Below, one piece after another: positions 32,706 through 44,395 of a stretch of DNA of 64,000 bases (positions are counted from its first letter, which is position 1; each line of letters starts with the position of its first letter). Source of the stretch: Escherichia coli (GTDB lineage Bacteria; Pseudomonadota; Gammaproteobacteria; Enterobacterales; Enterobacteriaceae); NCBI RefSeq assembly GCF_009931435.1, contig NZ_CP043414.1; one strand, given 5' to 3'. Position numbers and translations under genes: made by a program. The notes below the pieces were generated by a model that searched no databases, was not told the origin of the DNA, and was given only the letters and a program-made list of their open reading frames with translations.

Positions 32706-33995
32706 TTAGCTGAACAGAGAGTAGAAGATTGCGGAGATTGCAATCAGACCCATCACGACAACGAATACGTTGCTGATGTGACCGCTGTATTTACGCATTG
32801 CCGGTACTTTCTGAATTGCGTACATCGGCATCAGGAACAGGATCATCGCGATGATTGGGCCGCCCAGGGTTTCAATCATACCCAGGATGCTCGGGTTCAG
32901 GGTGGCAACAATCCAGGTCGTTACCAGCATGAACAGCGCAGTGATACGGTTCAGCTTGTTGATTTCGATAGACTTACCTTTACCACGCAGAGATTTAATC
33001 ACCATACCGTTGAAGCCTTCACGTGCACCCAGGTAGTGGCCGAGGAAGGATTTGGTGATAGCGATAATCGCGATAATCGGAGCCATCCACGCGATAACCG
33101 GTGCGTTAAAGTGGTTAGCCAAGTAAGACAGAATCGAGATGTTCTGCTCTTTAGCCGCAGCCAGGTCTGCCGGAGTCAGGCTCAGTACGCAGCTGAATAC
33201 GAAGAACATTACGGTCAGCACCATCATGATGTGTGCGAATGCCAGGATCTTCGAGCATTTCTGTTCTGCCATATCGCCGTACTCTTCACGCTTCGCAACG
33301 GCGAAAGAAGAGATGATTGGAGAGTGGTTGAACGAGAACACCATGACCGGAATCGCCAGCCACAGGGTCATCCACAGACCGTTGCCGGTTGCCGATGCAG
33401 TGTCCAGAGACAGCGTTTCCAGTGCTGCGCCGTTCCACTGCGGGATCAGGTACAGAGCCAGCAGCATCAGTACACCAACAAACGGGAATACCAGAATACT
33501 CATCGCCTTCACGATCATCTGCTCACCGAAGCGAACAATGGTCATCATACCCACGATCAGGATCAGAGACAGAATCGCACGCGGCGGCGGCGTCATACCC
33601 AGCTGGTGAGACATGAAGCTTTCAACCGTGTTGGTGATTGCCACACTGTAAACCAGCAGGATCGGGTAGATAGCAAAGAAGTAGAGCAGGGTAATCAGTT
33701 TACCTGCACCAATACCAAAGTGTTCTTCTACAACCTCGGTGATGTCTTCGCCCGGGTTTTTACCAGACAGTACGAAGCGAGTCAGGCCGCGGTGAGCAAA
33801 AAACGTCATCGGGAACGCAAGGATAGCCATGATGATCAGCGGGATCATACCGCCAACACCGGCGTTGATTGGCAGGAACAGCACGCCCGCGCCGATTGCC
33901 GTGCCGTAAAGGCCCAGCATCCACATGGTGTCTGTCTTGCGCCATGCACTACGTGAGTCTTTCGACACAATCGTGCTGGTTTGAGTCGTTTCCAT
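32706..33995 (-). CDS. sdaC: Serine:H+ symporter SdaC
   Basis: 429 aa HAAAP-family transporter; [21 protein letters not shown]-terminus. Confidence 0.9.
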   Translation of the reverse strand: METTQTSTIVSKDSRSAWRKTDTMWMLGLYGTAIGAGVLFLPINAGVGGMIPLIIMAILAFPMTFFAHRGLTRFVLSGKNPGEDITEVVEEHFGIGAGKLITLLYFFAIYPILLVYSVAITNTVESFMSHQLGMTPPPRAILSLILIVGMMTIVRFGEQMIVKAMSILVFPFVGVLMLLALYLIPQWNGAALETLSLDTASATGNGLWMTLWLAIPVMVFSFNHSPIISSFAVAKREEYGDMAEQKCSKILAFAHIMMVLTVMFFVFSCVLSLTPADLAAAKEQNISILSYLANHFNAPVIAWMAPIIAIIAITKSFLGHYLGAREGFNGMVIKSLRGKGKSIEINKLNRITALFMLVTTWIVATLNPSILGMIETLGGPIIAMILFLMPMYAIQKVPAMRKYSGHISNVFVVVMGLIAISAIFYSLFS

Positions 33996-34551
33996 CAATT
34001 TCTCCTGGAGGAATGCAAATAATTCAGCTTTTAGCCAGTTCAGCCCGGGAAGGTGCCTGACCGTAAAAATGAAATCTGTCTATCGGCGATGGCTTAATCA
34101 TTTTCCGCCGTAATAATTTGAGGGCGGAAAGATACACACAAGTTATGTATCTATCAGTGATCTTGATCTCAAATACAATAATCTACTTGGAAGATAGATA
34201 ATCTCAACGCTTTACTCTGTAAATCAAAAGTAAAAGAGAATTTAAGGGCAATATTTGCCCATTAAACGACATCTGACCTCTTCCGGGGCGCGCAATATAT
34301 GTAGGTTGAGCTGAAAAAATCAATACTTTTAGTGAATAATGGGGATAATTTATTTTTCATAGCGATAAAATGTGGTTTGTGAAAACAGGGAAACGTTTGC
34401 GTTGCAATATAAATTGTATGACATATTAACTGTGATGATATTTATCGCGTGAGGATGGTAAGAAACATTTATATAACAAATGAAATGAATTGATGAGTAA
34501 GTAACCAAAAACGAGAAAACCCGGCAACAAACGTCACCGGGGAAGGGGAGA

Positions 34552-35916
34552 TTACGTGCAGATTTCGTAGCAAGGGATGTAGGCTGAGCCTGGCAACTTC
34601 ATACGATGCTGGGCAACAAAACCCTGTAGCAGGTCGTCCATACGACGCATAATCTCTTTATCGCCGTTGATTTTGTAAGGACCAAACTCTTCAATGGCGC
34701 GAATACCGACTTCTTTTACGTTACCCGCCACAATACCGGAGAACGCACGACGCAGATCAGCGGCCAAAACTTCTACTGGCTGATCCGGATACAGTTTCAG
34801 ATTAGCCATGTTCTCGTGAGACGGCTCAAACGGCATTTGCAGATCGGGCGCAATGCGCATTGACCAGTTAAAGCTGTAGGCATCGCCCGTATCGCGACGG
34901 TTTTCTTTCACCAGCGGCATCGATTTTTTCATCTGACGAGCGACTTCAGCGGCGTCATCAATGATGATGCGATAATGGCGTCGCGCGTTTTCTCCCAGCG
35001 TATGCACGACAAACTCGTCCAGTACGCGGAAGTAGTCTGCGCTCTCTTTCGGGCCGGTGAGGATCAATGGTAAAACCTGATCTTTGTTGGCCGGGTTCAT
35101 TAAAATTCCCAGCAAATACAGCAACTCTTCTGCCGTACCCACACCGCCAGGGAAGATAATGATACCGTGAGCGATACGGACAAACGCTTCCAGACGTTTT
35201 TCGATATCTGGCATGATGATCAATTCGTTGACCAGCGGGTTAGGCGGTTCAGCGGCGATAATCGACGGCTCTGTCATACCAATAAAACGACTGTCTTTGT
35301 AACGCTGCTGTGCGTGTCCGACCGCAGCACCTTTCATCGGCGCTTCCATCGCTCCCGGACCACAGCCGGTGCAGATATTCAGCTCACGCAGGCCCAGCTG
35401 ATTCCCGACGCGACGGGCATACAAATACTCGTTTTCGTTAATTGAGTGCCCGCCCCAGCAGACCACCATATTTGGCGCTTCACCGACATGCAGTGCGCGA
35501 GCGTTACGCAAGATGGAAAAGACCAGGTTAGTGATGTGGACGGAGTTGTCGAGATTCAGGTTGGGAAAACGAACGGTGTTATGGATTTGCCCGTAAACGA
35601 AGAGAATGTCACGCAGAACCGCGAACAAGTTGGCCTGCAAAGCGCGGATAATACGCCCATCGACAAAAGCTTCTTCCGGGGGATTAATCAGTTCCAGCTT
35701 TACGCCGCGTTCACGGCGCAGGACGTTAATATCGAAATTTTCAAAACGAGACAGCAATTCTTTGCTGTTATCGGTCAAACTACCGGAGTTCAGTACGGCA
35801 AGTGAACAGTTGCGAAACAGTTGATAGAGGTCGCTGCTGGCGGTGCGTTTAAGCATATCCACTTCCAGCTGCGACAACATATCCATGGAGCCAAGCGGGC
35901 TAATATGTGTAATCAA
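34552..35916 (-). CDS. ppnN: Nucleotide 5'-monophosphate nucleosidase PpnN (LOG family)
   Basis: 454 aa; synteny between sdaC and queF. Confidence 0.85.
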
Positions 35917-36027
35917 GAAAAACTCCTTATGGGACGAATATCGTCATTCCCTTTGATTACAATAGCCCTGCCTGATGACCTTTCACAACCTTCTGCGTGA
36001 ATCCAGCACGCAAAATTGAGAAAAAAT

Positions 36028-36876
36028 TTATTGCCGAACCAGTCTTGTGGTCGATGGGACAAAATCGCTATTACTGCGCCACGGGTTAATGTCCAGACCG
36101 CCACGACGGGTATAACGTGCGTAAACGCTCAATTTCTCTGGCTGGCAGAAGCGTAACAGGTCATTAAAGATGCGTTCCACGCACTGTTCGTGGAACTCGT
36201 TGTGATGACGGAATGAGACCAGGTAACGCAGCAGTTTTTCTCTGTCAATTTGGCGTCCACGATACTGAATTTGGATCGAACCCCAATCTGGTTGATGGGT
36301 GATCAGGCAGTTTGATTTCAGCAGGTGGCTGACGAGCGTCTCTTCTACTACTTTTTCACCACTGGTGGCATTCTCAAGATAGTCAGTAGTGAATTCATAG
36401 TTATCGATAGTGATATCCTGGTCATCAATGCAGGTGCCATTGAAATGACCTATCGGCTGGCCTTCCAGTTCATCAAGACGATATAACGCCACGCTAACCT
36501 TACCCTGAGCGCAAGTGCTTAAGTCGCGCTCCAGCGTCTGGCGCACCTCATCCCAGTTATTAAAACGCGTCTGGTTAAAACTGTTGAGATAAAGCTTAAA
36601 ACTCTTCGACTCAATCAGATTTACGCTGGTGTAATCAAGTTCAACATGACCGACAGCGACCTGCGGCAAACCTTTCGCATTCAGCCAGGAAAGTTCATAC
36701 AGCGTCCAGATATCCGTACCGTGAAAAGGCAGGTTATCCGCTTTCAGACCCAGCGGGTCGCGATTCAGGCTGCGTGGAACGCCTTGCAGTAGGCTAGCGT
36801 CATAGGTATCCCGGTAATCGGTTGATTTTCCAAGAGTCAGGCCCGCAAGTGCCTGATGGTTTGCATAAGAAGACAT
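36028..36876 (-). CDS. queF: NADPH-dependent 7-cyano-7-deazaguanine reductase
   Basis: 282 aa two-domain QueF; synteny with syd. Confidence 0.85.
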   Translation of the reverse strand: MSSYANHQALAGLTLGKSTDYRDTYDASLLQGVPRSLNRDPLGLKADNLPFHGTDIWTLYELSWLNAKGLPQVAVGHVELDYTSVNLIESKSFKLYLNSFNQTRFNNWDEVRQTLERDLSTCAQGKVSVALYRLDELEGQPIGHFNGTCIDDQDITIDNYEFTTDYLENATSGEKVVEETLVSHLLKSNCLITHQPDWGSIQIQYRGRQIDREKLLRYLVSFRHHNEFHEQCVERIFNDLLRFCQPEKLSVYARYTRRGGLDINPWRSNSDFVPSTTRLVRQ

Positions 36877-36943
36877 GTTTCACCGTCATAAACCAGATAA
36901 ACTAAACGACAAGTGTATCTGGTTTAAGTGAAGAGAGAAATTA

Positions 36944-37489
36944 GTGGACGATTTGACCGCACAAGCCCTGAAAGATTTTACTGCACGCTACTGCGATGCG
37001 TGGCATGAAGAGCATAAAAGCTGGCCGTTAAGTGAGGAACTGTACGGCGTTCCTTCACCGTGCATTATTTCAACCACCGAAGACGCTGTATACTGGCAAC
37101 CCCAGCCGTTTACCGGTGAACAAAATGTAAACGCGGTTGAACGTGCTTTTGATATTGTGATACAACCCACGGTTCATACTTTTTACACGACCCAGTTTGC
37201 CGGGGATATGCACGCGCAGTTTGGCGATATCAAACTGACATTGCTGCAAACCTGGAGTGAAGACGACTTCCGTCGGGTGCAGGAAAATCTGATTGGTCAT
37301 CTGGTGACTCAGAAAAGGCTAAAACTGCCGCCCACGCTATTTATCGCAACGCTGGAAGAAGAGTTAGAGGTCATCTCGGTGTGTAATCTCTCCGGTGAAG
37401 TGTGCAAAGAGACGCTGGGAACACGCAAACGGACGCATTTAGCCTCAAATCTTGCGGAATTCCTTAATCAACTTAAGCCTCTTCTGTAA
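36944..37489 (+). CDS. syd: SecY-interacting protein Syd
   Basis: 181 aa; synteny adjacent to csrB. Confidence 0.85.
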   Translation: MDDLTAQALKDFTARYCDAWHEEHKSWPLSEELYGVPSPCIISTTEDAVYWQPQPFTGEQNVNAVERAFDIVIQPTVHTFYTTQFAGDMHAQFGDIKLTLLQTWSEDDFRRVQENLIGHLVTQKRLKLPPTLFIATLEEELEVISVCNLSGEVCKETLGTRKRTHLASNLAEFLNQLKPLL

Positions 37490-37508
37490 TCCAAATACCC
37501 CATCTTGT

Positions 37509-37526
37509 TGTGAGAGATCTCTTACA
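37509..37526. promoter_or_regulatory. UvrY-type binding palindrome TGTGAGAGATCTCTTACA upstream of csrB
   Basis: 16/18 self-complementary; ~190 bp upstream of csrB 5' end; matches known BarA/UvrY-dependent csrB activation site from memory. Confidence 0.5.
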
Positions 37527-37708
37527 GACTCTGTAGGAGATCGCCAGGAAATAAGCGAATACTTAAAAAGATAAGAATCGTTATTTTCATTTAAAATCAA
37601 TATATTGCTTGTTAATTCTTAACTTTCATATGAAATTTTCCTTAAGGCATTGTCTGTAAGCGCCTTGTAAGACTTCGCGAAAAAGACGATTCTATCTTCG
37701 TCGACAGG

Positions 37709-38067
37709 GAGTCAGACAACGAAGTGAACATCAGGATGATGACACTTCTGAAGGACACACCAGGAGGGTGTTTCAGGGAAAGGCTTCTGGATGAAGCGAA
37801 GAGGATGACGCAGGACGCGTTAAAGGACACCTCCAGGATGGAGAATGAGAACCGGTCAGGATGATTCGGTGGGTCAGGAAGGCCAAGGACACTTCAGGAT
37901 GAAGTATCATATCGGGGTGGTGTGAGCAGGAAGCAATAGTTCAGGATGAACGATTGGCCGCAAGGCCAGAGGAAAAGTTGTCAAGGATGAGCAGGGAGCA
38001 ACAAAAGTAGCTGGAATGCTGCGAAACGAACCGGGAGCACTGTGAATACAGTGCTCCCTTTTTTTAT
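37709..38067 (+). ncRNA. csrB: CsrB, CsrA-sequestering sRNA (~360 nt, many CAGGA(U/A)G repeats, terminal hairpin + U-run)
   Basis: Starts GAGTCAGACAACGAAGTGAACATCAGGATGATG; dense repeated AGGA/GGA motifs throughout; terminator GGGAGCACTGTGAATACAGTGCTCCC + T8. Confidence 0.9.
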
Positions 38068-38110
38068 TCCTGCTATCCTTCGCGGCAGTTTTTCTTATTG
38101 AGGTTGCTTT

Positions 38111-38440
38111 ATGACCACTCATGACCGCGTTCGTCTCCAGTTGCAGGCGCTTGAAGCGTTACTGCGTGAACATCAGCACTGGCGAAACGATGAACCCCAG
38201 CCGCATCAATTTAACAGTACCCAACCGTTCTTTATGGACACCATGGAACCACTGGAGTGGTTGCAGTGGGGGCTGATCCCGCGAATGCACGATTTGTTAG
38301 ATAATAACCAGCCATTACCGGGCGCTTTTGCTGTTGCACCCTATTATGAAATGGCGCTGGCGACGGACCATCCGCAACGCGCGCTTATTCTGGCTGAGCT
38401 GGAAAAACTGGATGCTCTTTTTGCGGATGATGCGAGCTGA
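38111..38440 (+). CDS. yqcC: DUF446 protein YqcC
   Basis: 109 aa; stop overlaps truC start (ATGA). Confidence 0.8.
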   Translation: MTTHDRVRLQLQALEALLREHQHWRNDEPQPHQFNSTQPFFMDTMEPLEWLQWGLIPRMHDLLDNNQPLPGAFAVAPYYEMALATDHPQRALILAELEKLDALFADDAS

Positions 38441-39222
38441 TGCTGGAAATAATCTACCAGGATGAATGGCTGGTTGCGGTAAATAAACCCTCCGGCTGGC
38501 TGGTTCACCGCAGCTGGCTGGATCGCGACGAGAAAGTAGTGGTCATGCAAACCGTGCGTGACCAGATTGGTCAGCATGTATTTACCGCGCATCGGCTGGA
38601 TCGACCGACGTCCGGCGTATTGCTGATGGGACTATCCAGCGAGGCCGGACGGCTGTTGGCACAACAGTTTGAACAGCACCAAATCCAGAAACGTTACCAT
38701 GCGATTGTGCGCGGCTGGCTGATGGAAGAGGCTGTGCTGGATTATCCGCTGGTGGAAGAACTGGACAAAATCGCTGATAAATTCGTCCGCGAAGATAAAG
38801 GTCCACAGCCAGCGGTGACACATTATCGCGGTCTGGCGACCGTAGAAATGCCTGTAGCGACCGGACGTTACCCGACTACGCGCTACGGTCTGGTGGAACT
38901 GGAGCCGAAAACAGGACGCAAGCATCAGCTCCGTCGCCATCTTGCCCACTTGCGCCATCCGATTATTGGCGACAGCAAACATGGTGATTTACGTCAAAAT
39001 CGTAGCGGTGCTGAACATTTTGGCCTTCAGCGGTTAATGCTGCATGCCAGTCAGTTGTCATTGACACATCCTTTTACTGGCGAGCCGTTGACTATTCACG
39101 CGGGCCTGGACGGCACCTGGATGCAGGCGTTATCACAATTTGGCTGGCGGGGTCTGCTTCCTGAAAATGAAAGGGTTGAGTTCAGTGCGCCATCGGGTCA
39201 GGATGGAGAGATAAGTTCCTAA
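38440..39222 (+). CDS. truC: tRNA pseudouridine65 synthase TruC
   Basis: RluA-family motifs ([12 protein letters not shown]); 260 aa. Confidence 0.9.
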   Translation: MLEIIYQDEWLVAVNKPSGWLVHRSWLDRDEKVVVMQTVRDQIGQHVFTAHRLDRPTSGVLLMGLSSEAGRLLAQQFEQHQIQKRYHAIVRGWLMEEAVLDYPLVEELDKIADKFVREDKGPQPAVTHYRGLATVEMPVATGRYPTTRYGLVELEPKTGRKHQLRRHLAHLRHPIIGDSKHGDLRQNRSGAEHFGLQRLMLHASQLSLTHPFTGEPLTIHAGLDGTWMQALSQFGWRGLLPENERVEFSAPSGQDGEISS

Positions 39223-39239
39223 TCCAGGGAGAAAACGGT

Positions 39240-39689
39240 ATGGCGGAAATTGGTATTTTTGTGGGCACAATGTACGGAAATTCGCTGTTAGTGGCGGAAG
39301 AAGCGGAAGCAATTCTGACCGCGCAGGGCCACAAAGCAACGGTATTTGAAGATCCTGAATTAAGCGACTGGCTGCCCTATCAGGATAAGTATGTTCTGGT
39401 GGTTACGTCCACGACCGGGCAGGGCGACCTTCCTGATAGCATTGTGCCGCTCTTTCAGGGAATTAAAGATACCCTGGGCTTCCAGCCGAATCTGCGTTAT
39501 GGCGTGATTGCGCTCGGCGACAGTAGTTATGTGAATTTCTGCAATGGCGGCAAACAGTTCGATGCCTTGTTGCAGGAACAGAGTGCGCAGCGGATAGGGG
39601 AAATGCTGCTGATTGACGCCAGTGATAACCCGGAACCGGAAACGGAATCAAATCCGTGGGTCGAACAGTGGGGCACGCTGTTGTCCTGA
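39240..39689 (+). CDS. yqcA: Flavodoxin-like protein YqcA
   Basis: 149 aa, flavodoxin fold ([11 protein letters not shown]). Confidence 0.85.
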   Translation: MAEIGIFVGTMYGNSLLVAEEAEAILTAQGHKATVFEDPELSDWLPYQDKYVLVVTSTTGQGDLPDSIVPLFQGIKDTLGFQPNLRYGVIALGDSSYVNFCNGGKQFDALLQEQSAQRIGEMLLIDASDNPEPETESNPWVEQWGTLLS

Positions 39690-39727
39690 AAAATTGCCGT
39701 TTTAAGCAAACTGAATCGAATCTTTTC

Positions 39728-39782
39728 AGGCAAATGCCAGTAAAAACTGCTTCATAGCGCGGATTTTTACTGGCGTTTGCCT
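39728..39782 (+). other. Long imperfect hairpin (19-bp arms AGGCAAATGCCAGTAAAAA / TTTTTACTGGCGTTTGCCT, 17-nt loop) downstream of yqcA
   Basis: Inverted repeat read directly; one G-U/mismatch; no clean U-run after it. Confidence 0.4.
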
Positions 39783-40108
39783 GGAGTCAAGCGATCCATT
39801 TCATACTCTTCTTTATTTCTTCGTTTTAATCCTTCCTTTCTTGTTCTTGTTTTCATTTCCGTGAAGTGGATTCCACCGTCCAGGGCTAATGCCAAAATCG
39901 GGCCTCATTGAACGCATTAATGTTGTGTTGTTGCACGGTGAGCCGCTATGGCGCGCTTTTTATACTGCTATTGCCAGATATAAACACGCGCCGTATTCGG
40001 CGAACGACCTATAAAAACGGCAAAAAACACCCTACGTCACCTCTGATTTCCTGGCGATGTCGCAGTCCAGAGTGAGCGTGGCTAACGCGAATTTTCAGGA
40101 GTGCAACA

Positions 40109-41461
40109 ATGAGTTCTTTAAGTCAGGCTGCGAGCAGTGTGGAAAAACGCACGAATGCTCGTTACTGGATAGTGGTGATGTTGTTTATCGTCACATCCTT
40201 CAACTACGGCGACCGCGCTACGCTCTCTATCGCCGGTTCGGAAATGGCCAAAGATATCGGCCTTGATCCTGTGGGAATGGGCTATGTGTTCTCTGCTTTC
40301 TCATGGGCTTATGTTATCGGGCAGATCCCTGGTGGCTGGTTGCTGGACCGTTTTGGTTCAAAACGCGTCTACTTCTGGTCGATCTTTATCTGGTCGATGT
40401 TTACCTTGCTGCAAGGCTTCGTCGATATCTTTAGTGGATTCGGCATTATCGTTGCCCTGTTTACGCTGCGCTTCCTGGTCGGGCTTGCTGAAGCGCCATC
40501 TTTCCCCGGTAACAGTCGCATTGTAGCGGCCTGGTTTCCGGCGCAGGAAAGGGGAACTGCAGTGTCTATTTTTAACTCCGCCCAATACTTCGCAACGGTG
40601 ATCTTCGCGCCGATTATGGGCTGGCTGACTCATGAAGTGGGTTGGTCACATGTCTTCTTCTTCATGGGCGGTCTGGGCATTGTCATCAGCTTTATCTGGT
40701 TGAAAGTCATCCATGAGCCAAATCAACATCCGGGCGTAAATCAGAAAGAGCTGGAGTACATCGCCGCGGGTGGTGCGCTGATCAATATGGATCAGCAAAA
40801 TACCAAAGTTAAAGTGTCGTTCAGCGTGAAGTGGGGGCAGATCAAACAGCTGCTCGGGTCACGGATGATGATCGGCGTTTATATCGGTCAGTACTGTATC
40901 AACGCCCTGACTTACTTCTTCATTACCTGGTTTCCGGTTTATCTGGTGCAGGCACGCGGGATGTCGATTCTGAAAGCGGGCTTTGTGGCTTCCGTACCGG
41001 CGGTTTGCGGTTTTATCGGCGGCGTGTTGGGGGGGATTATTTCAGACTGGCTGATGCGCCGCACAGGTTCGCTGAACATTGCGCGTAAAACACCGATCGT
41101 GATGGGCATGTTGCTATCAATGGTGATGGTGTTCTGTAACTACGTCAACGTTGAGTGGATGATCATCGGCTTTATGGCGCTGGCCTTCTTCGGTAAGGGC
41201 ATTGGGGCGCTGGGTTGGGCAGTAATGGCAGATACCGCGCCAAAAGAGATCAGCGGTCTTTCCGGTGGCCTGTTCAATATGTTTGGTAACATTTCCGGTA
41301 TCGTCACGCCAATCGCAATTGGTTATATCGTTGGCACGACTGGCTCCTTTAATGGGGCGCTGATTTATGTTGGTGTTCATGCCCTAATCGCGGTACTGAG
41401 CTACCTGGTGCTGGTGGGCGATATCAAGCGTATCGAGCTGAAACCTGTCGCGGGGCAATAA
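40109..41461 (+). CDS. gudP: MFS D-glucarate/galactarate transporter
   Basis: 450 aa MFS anion:cation symporter layout; first gene of gud operon. Confidence 0.9.
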   Translation: MSSLSQAASSVEKRTNARYWIVVMLFIVTSFNYGDRATLSIAGSEMAKDIGLDPVGMGYVFSAFSWAYVIGQIPGGWLLDRFGSKRVYFWSIFIWSMFTLLQGFVDIFSGFGIIVALFTLRFLVGLAEAPSFPGNSRIVAAWFPAQERGTAVSIFNSAQYFATVIFAPIMGWLTHEVGWSHVFFFMGGLGIVISFIWLKVIHEPNQHPGVNQKELEYIAAGGALINMDQQNTKVKVSFSVKWGQIKQLLGSRMMIGVYIGQYCINALTYFFITWFPVYLVQARGMSILKAGFVASVPAVCGFIGGVLGGIISDWLMRRTGSLNIARKTPIVMGMLLSMVMVFCNYVNVEWMIIGFMALAFFGKGIGALGWAVMADTAPKEISGLSGGLFNMFGNISGIVTPIAIGYIVGTTGSFNGALIYVGVHALIAVLSYLVLVGDIKRIELKPVAGQ

Positions 41462-41462
41462 G

Positions 41463-42803
41463 ATGACGACACAATCCAGTCCTGTTATTACTGATATGAA
41501 GGTTATTCCGGTCGCCGGGCACGACAGCATGTTGCTTAATATTGGTGGTGCACATAACGCATATTTCACCCGCAATATTGTGGTACTCACCGATAACGCC
41601 GGGCATACCGGTATTGGTGAAGCGCCCGGCGGAGAGGTGATTTATCAAACACTGGTCGATGCTATTCCGATGGTGCTGGGCCAGGAGATCGCACGACTGA
41701 ATAAAGTGGTTCAGCAGGTGCATAAAGGTAATCAGGCAGCCGATTTTGATACCTTCGGCAAAGGTGCCTGGACTTTTGAATTGCGCGTTAATGCCGTGGC
41801 GGCGCTGGAAGCTGCCTTGCTTGACCTGCTAGGTAAGGCGCTGAATGTTCCGGTCTGCGAACTGTTAGGGCCAGGCAAGCAACGCGATGCTATTACTGTC
41901 CTTGGTTATCTGTTTTATATCGGTGATCGGACCAAAACCGATCTTCCTTATCTGGAAAATACGCCGGGCAACCATGAGTGGTATCAATTGCGGCATCAGA
42001 AAGCGATGAACAGCGAAGCCGTTGTGCGTCTGGCGGAAGCTTCACAGGATCGCTATGGCTTTAAAGATTTCAAACTTAAGGGCGGAGTGTTACCTGGCGA
42101 GCAAGAAATCGACACTGTTCGTGCATTGAAGAAACGCTTCCCGGATGCGCGAATTACCGTTGATCCCAACGGTGCATGGCTGCTTGATGAAGCCATTTCT
42201 CTGTGCAAAGGGCTGAATGATGTTCTCACCTATGCCGAAGACCCGTGCGGCGCTGAGCAGGGTTTCTCCGGACGTGAAGTGATGGCGGAGTTTCGACGGG
42301 CGACCGGCTTGCCCGTCGCGACTAACATGATCGCCACCAACTGGCGCGAAATGGGCCATGCGGTGATGCTCAATGCGGTAGATATTCCACTTGCCGATCC
42401 GCATTTCTGGACGCTTTCCGGTGCAGTCCGCGTGGCGCAACTTTGCGACGACTGGGGGCTGACCTGGGGCTGCCATTCTAATAACCACTTTGATATCTCT
42501 CTGGCGATGTTTACCCATGTGGGCGCGGCGGCACCGGGTAATCCTACCGCTATCGATACCCACTGGATTTGGCAGGAGGGCGATTGTCGTCTGACCAAAA
42601 ATCCGCTGGAGATTAAAAACGGAAAAATTGCCGTTCCTGATGCGCCCGGTCTGGGCGTGGAACTGGACTGGGAACAGGTACAAAAGGCACATGAGGCCTA
42701 TAAACGTCTGCCTGGCGGTGCGCGTAACGACGCAGGCCCGATGCAATACCTGATCCCCGGCTGGACCTTTGACCGTAAACGTCCCGTTTTCGGCCGTCAT
42801 TGA
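41463..42803 (+). CDS. gudX: Glucarate dehydratase-related protein (enolase superfamily)
   Basis: 446 aa paralog of downstream GudD ([11 protein letters not shown].. shared motifs). Confidence 0.9.
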   Translation: MTTQSSPVITDMKVIPVAGHDSMLLNIGGAHNAYFTRNIVVLTDNAGHTGIGEAPGGEVIYQTLVDAIPMVLGQEIARLNKVVQQVHKGNQAADFDTFGKGAWTFELRVNAVAALEAALLDLLGKALNVPVCELLGPGKQRDAITVLGYLFYIGDRTKTDLPYLENTPGNHEWYQLRHQKAMNSEAVVRLAEASQDRYGFKDFKLKGGVLPGEQEIDTVRALKKRFPDARITVDPNGAWLLDEAISLCKGLNDVLTYAEDPCGAEQGFSGREVMAEFRRATGLPVATNMIATNWREMGHAVMLNAVDIPLADPHFWTLSGAVRVAQLCDDWGLTWGCHSNNHFDISLAMFTHVGAAAPGNPTAIDTHWIWQEGDCRLTKNPLEIKNGKIAVPDAPGLGVELDWEQVQKAHEAYKRLPGGARNDAGPMQYLIPGWTFDRKRPVFGRH

Positions 42804-42823
42804 TTTTGAAAAAGGACATAGAT

Positions 42824-44164
42824 ATGAGTTTTCAATTTACGACGCCTGTTGTTACTGAAATGCAGGTCATCCCGGTGGCGGGCCATGACAGTATGCTGAT
42901 GAATCTGAGTGGTGCACACGCACCGTTCTTCACGCGTAATATTTTGATTATCAAAGATAATTCTGGTCACACTGGCGTAGGGGAAATTCCCGGCGGCGAG
43001 AAAATCCGTAAAACGCTGGAAGATGCAATTCCGCTGGTGGTGGGTAAAACGCTGGGTGAATACAAAAACGTTCTGACGCTGGTGCGTAATACATTTGCCG
43101 ATCGTGATGCCGGCGGGCGCGGTTTGCAGACATTTGATTTGCGGACCACTATTCATGTGGTTACTGGGATAGAAGCGGCAATGCTGGATCTGCTGGGGCA
43201 GCATCTGGGGGTTAACGTGGCATCGCTGCTGGGCGATGGTCAACAGCGTAGCGAAGTCGAAATGCTCGGTTATCTGTTCTTCGTCGGTAATCGCAAAGCC
43301 ACACCGCTGCCGTATCAAAGCCAGCCGGATGACTCATGCGACTGGTATCGCCTGCGTCACGAAGAAGCGATGACGCCGGATGCGGTGGTGCGCCTGGCGG
43401 AAGCGGCATATGAAAAATATGGCTTCAACGATTTCAAACTGAAGGGCGGTGTACTGGCCGGAGAAGAAGAAGCCGAATCTATTGTGGCACTGGCGCAACG
43501 CTTCCCGCAGGCGCGTATTACCCTCGATCCTAACGGTGCCTGGTCGCTGAACGAAGCGATTAAAATCGGTAAATACCTGAAAGGTTCGCTGGCTTATGCA
43601 GAAGATCCGTGTGGTGCGGAGCAAGGTTTCTCCGGGCGTGAAGTGATGGCAGAGTTCCGTCGCGCGACTGGCCTGCCGACCGCAACCAATATGATCGCCA
43701 CCGACTGGCGGCAGATGGGCCATACGCTCTCGTTACAATCCGTTGATATCCCGCTGGCGGATCCGCATTTCTGGACGATGCAAGGTTCGGTACGTGTGGC
43801 GCAAATGTGCCATGAATTTGGCCTGACCTGGGGGTCACACTCTAACAACCACTTCGATATTTCCCTGGCGATGTTTACCCATGTAGCCGCTGCTGCACCG
43901 GGTAAAATTACTGCTATTGATACGCACTGGATCTGGCAGGAAGGCAATCAGCGTCTGACCAAAGAACCGTTTGAGATCAAAGGCGGGCTGGTACAGGTGC
44001 CGCAAAAACCAGGATTGGGCGTAGAAATCGATATGGATCAGGTGATGAAAGCCCACGAGCTGTATCAGAAACACGGGCTTGGCGCGCGTGACGATGCAAT
44101 GGGAATGCAGTATCTGATTCCTGGCTGGACGTTCGATAACAAGCGTCCGTGCATGGTGCGTTAA
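42824..44164 (+). CDS. gudD: D-glucarate dehydratase
   Basis: [33 protein letters not shown]-terminus; start set to ATG 42824. Confidence 0.9.
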   Translation: MSFQFTTPVVTEMQVIPVAGHDSMLMNLSGAHAPFFTRNILIIKDNSGHTGVGEIPGGEKIRKTLEDAIPLVVGKTLGEYKNVLTLVRNTFADRDAGGRGLQTFDLRTTIHVVTGIEAAMLDLLGQHLGVNVASLLGDGQQRSEVEMLGYLFFVGNRKATPLPYQSQPDDSCDWYRLRHEEAMTPDAVVRLAEAAYEKYGFNDFKLKGGVLAGEEEAESIVALAQRFPQARITLDPNGAWSLNEAIKIGKYLKGSLAYAEDPCGAEQGFSGREVMAEFRRATGLPTATNMIATDWRQMGHTLSLQSVDIPLADPHFWTMQGSVRVAQMCHEFGLTWGSHSNNHFDISLAMFTHVAAAAPGKITAIDTHWIWQEGNQRLTKEPFEIKGGLVQVPQKPGLGVEIDMDQVMKAHELYQKHGLGARDDAMGMQYLIPGWTFDNKRPCMVR

Positions 44165-44285
44165 GACAGAAAACCAAAACCGGCTCTGTCAGGAGCCGGG
44201 TTGAGTCTGATGCCAAACGCAAAATTGCTTGTTGCGCTACGTATCAGGCCTACATTATTTTTTTAATTCATTGAATTTAATTGGT

Positions 44286-44327
44286 GTTTATGCCGGATAA
44301 GGCGTTAACGCCGCATCCGGCATAAAC
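44286..44327. repeat. REP element (GCCGGATAAGGCGTTAACGCCGCATCCGGC palindrome) between gudD and barA
   Basis: Canonical REP-type palindrome read in sequence. Confidence 0.5.
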
Positions 44328-44395
44328 ACAGGCACCTTGTCACCAGTCTGAAACCAGCGTTATAAAAAGCCGATTGCTACTCGACAAGACGTCCA

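Noticed and set aside
32109-33956. 615-aa plus-strand ORF
   Set aside because: Lies entirely antisense to sdaC/sdaB, and its translation is low-complexity (His/Arg/Gln-rich); an artefact of the GC-rich opposite-strand coding sequence
37642-38122. Small minus-strand ORFs (62 and 71 aa) over csrB
   Set aside because: The region is the non-coding CsrB RNA; the ORFs are chance frames in a GGA-repeat sequence
42090-42800. 236-aa minus-strand ORF, and similar antisense ORFs within gudD, fucO, pyrG, amiC, barA and relA
   Set aside because: All overlap well-supported genes on the opposite strand and have no recognisable domains
44165-44215. Hairpin CCGGCTC-TGTCAG-GAGCCGG after gudD as an intrinsic terminator
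   Set aside because: No U-run follows; a REP element further downstream (44286-44327) is a more likely 3' end stabiliser, so no terminator call was made
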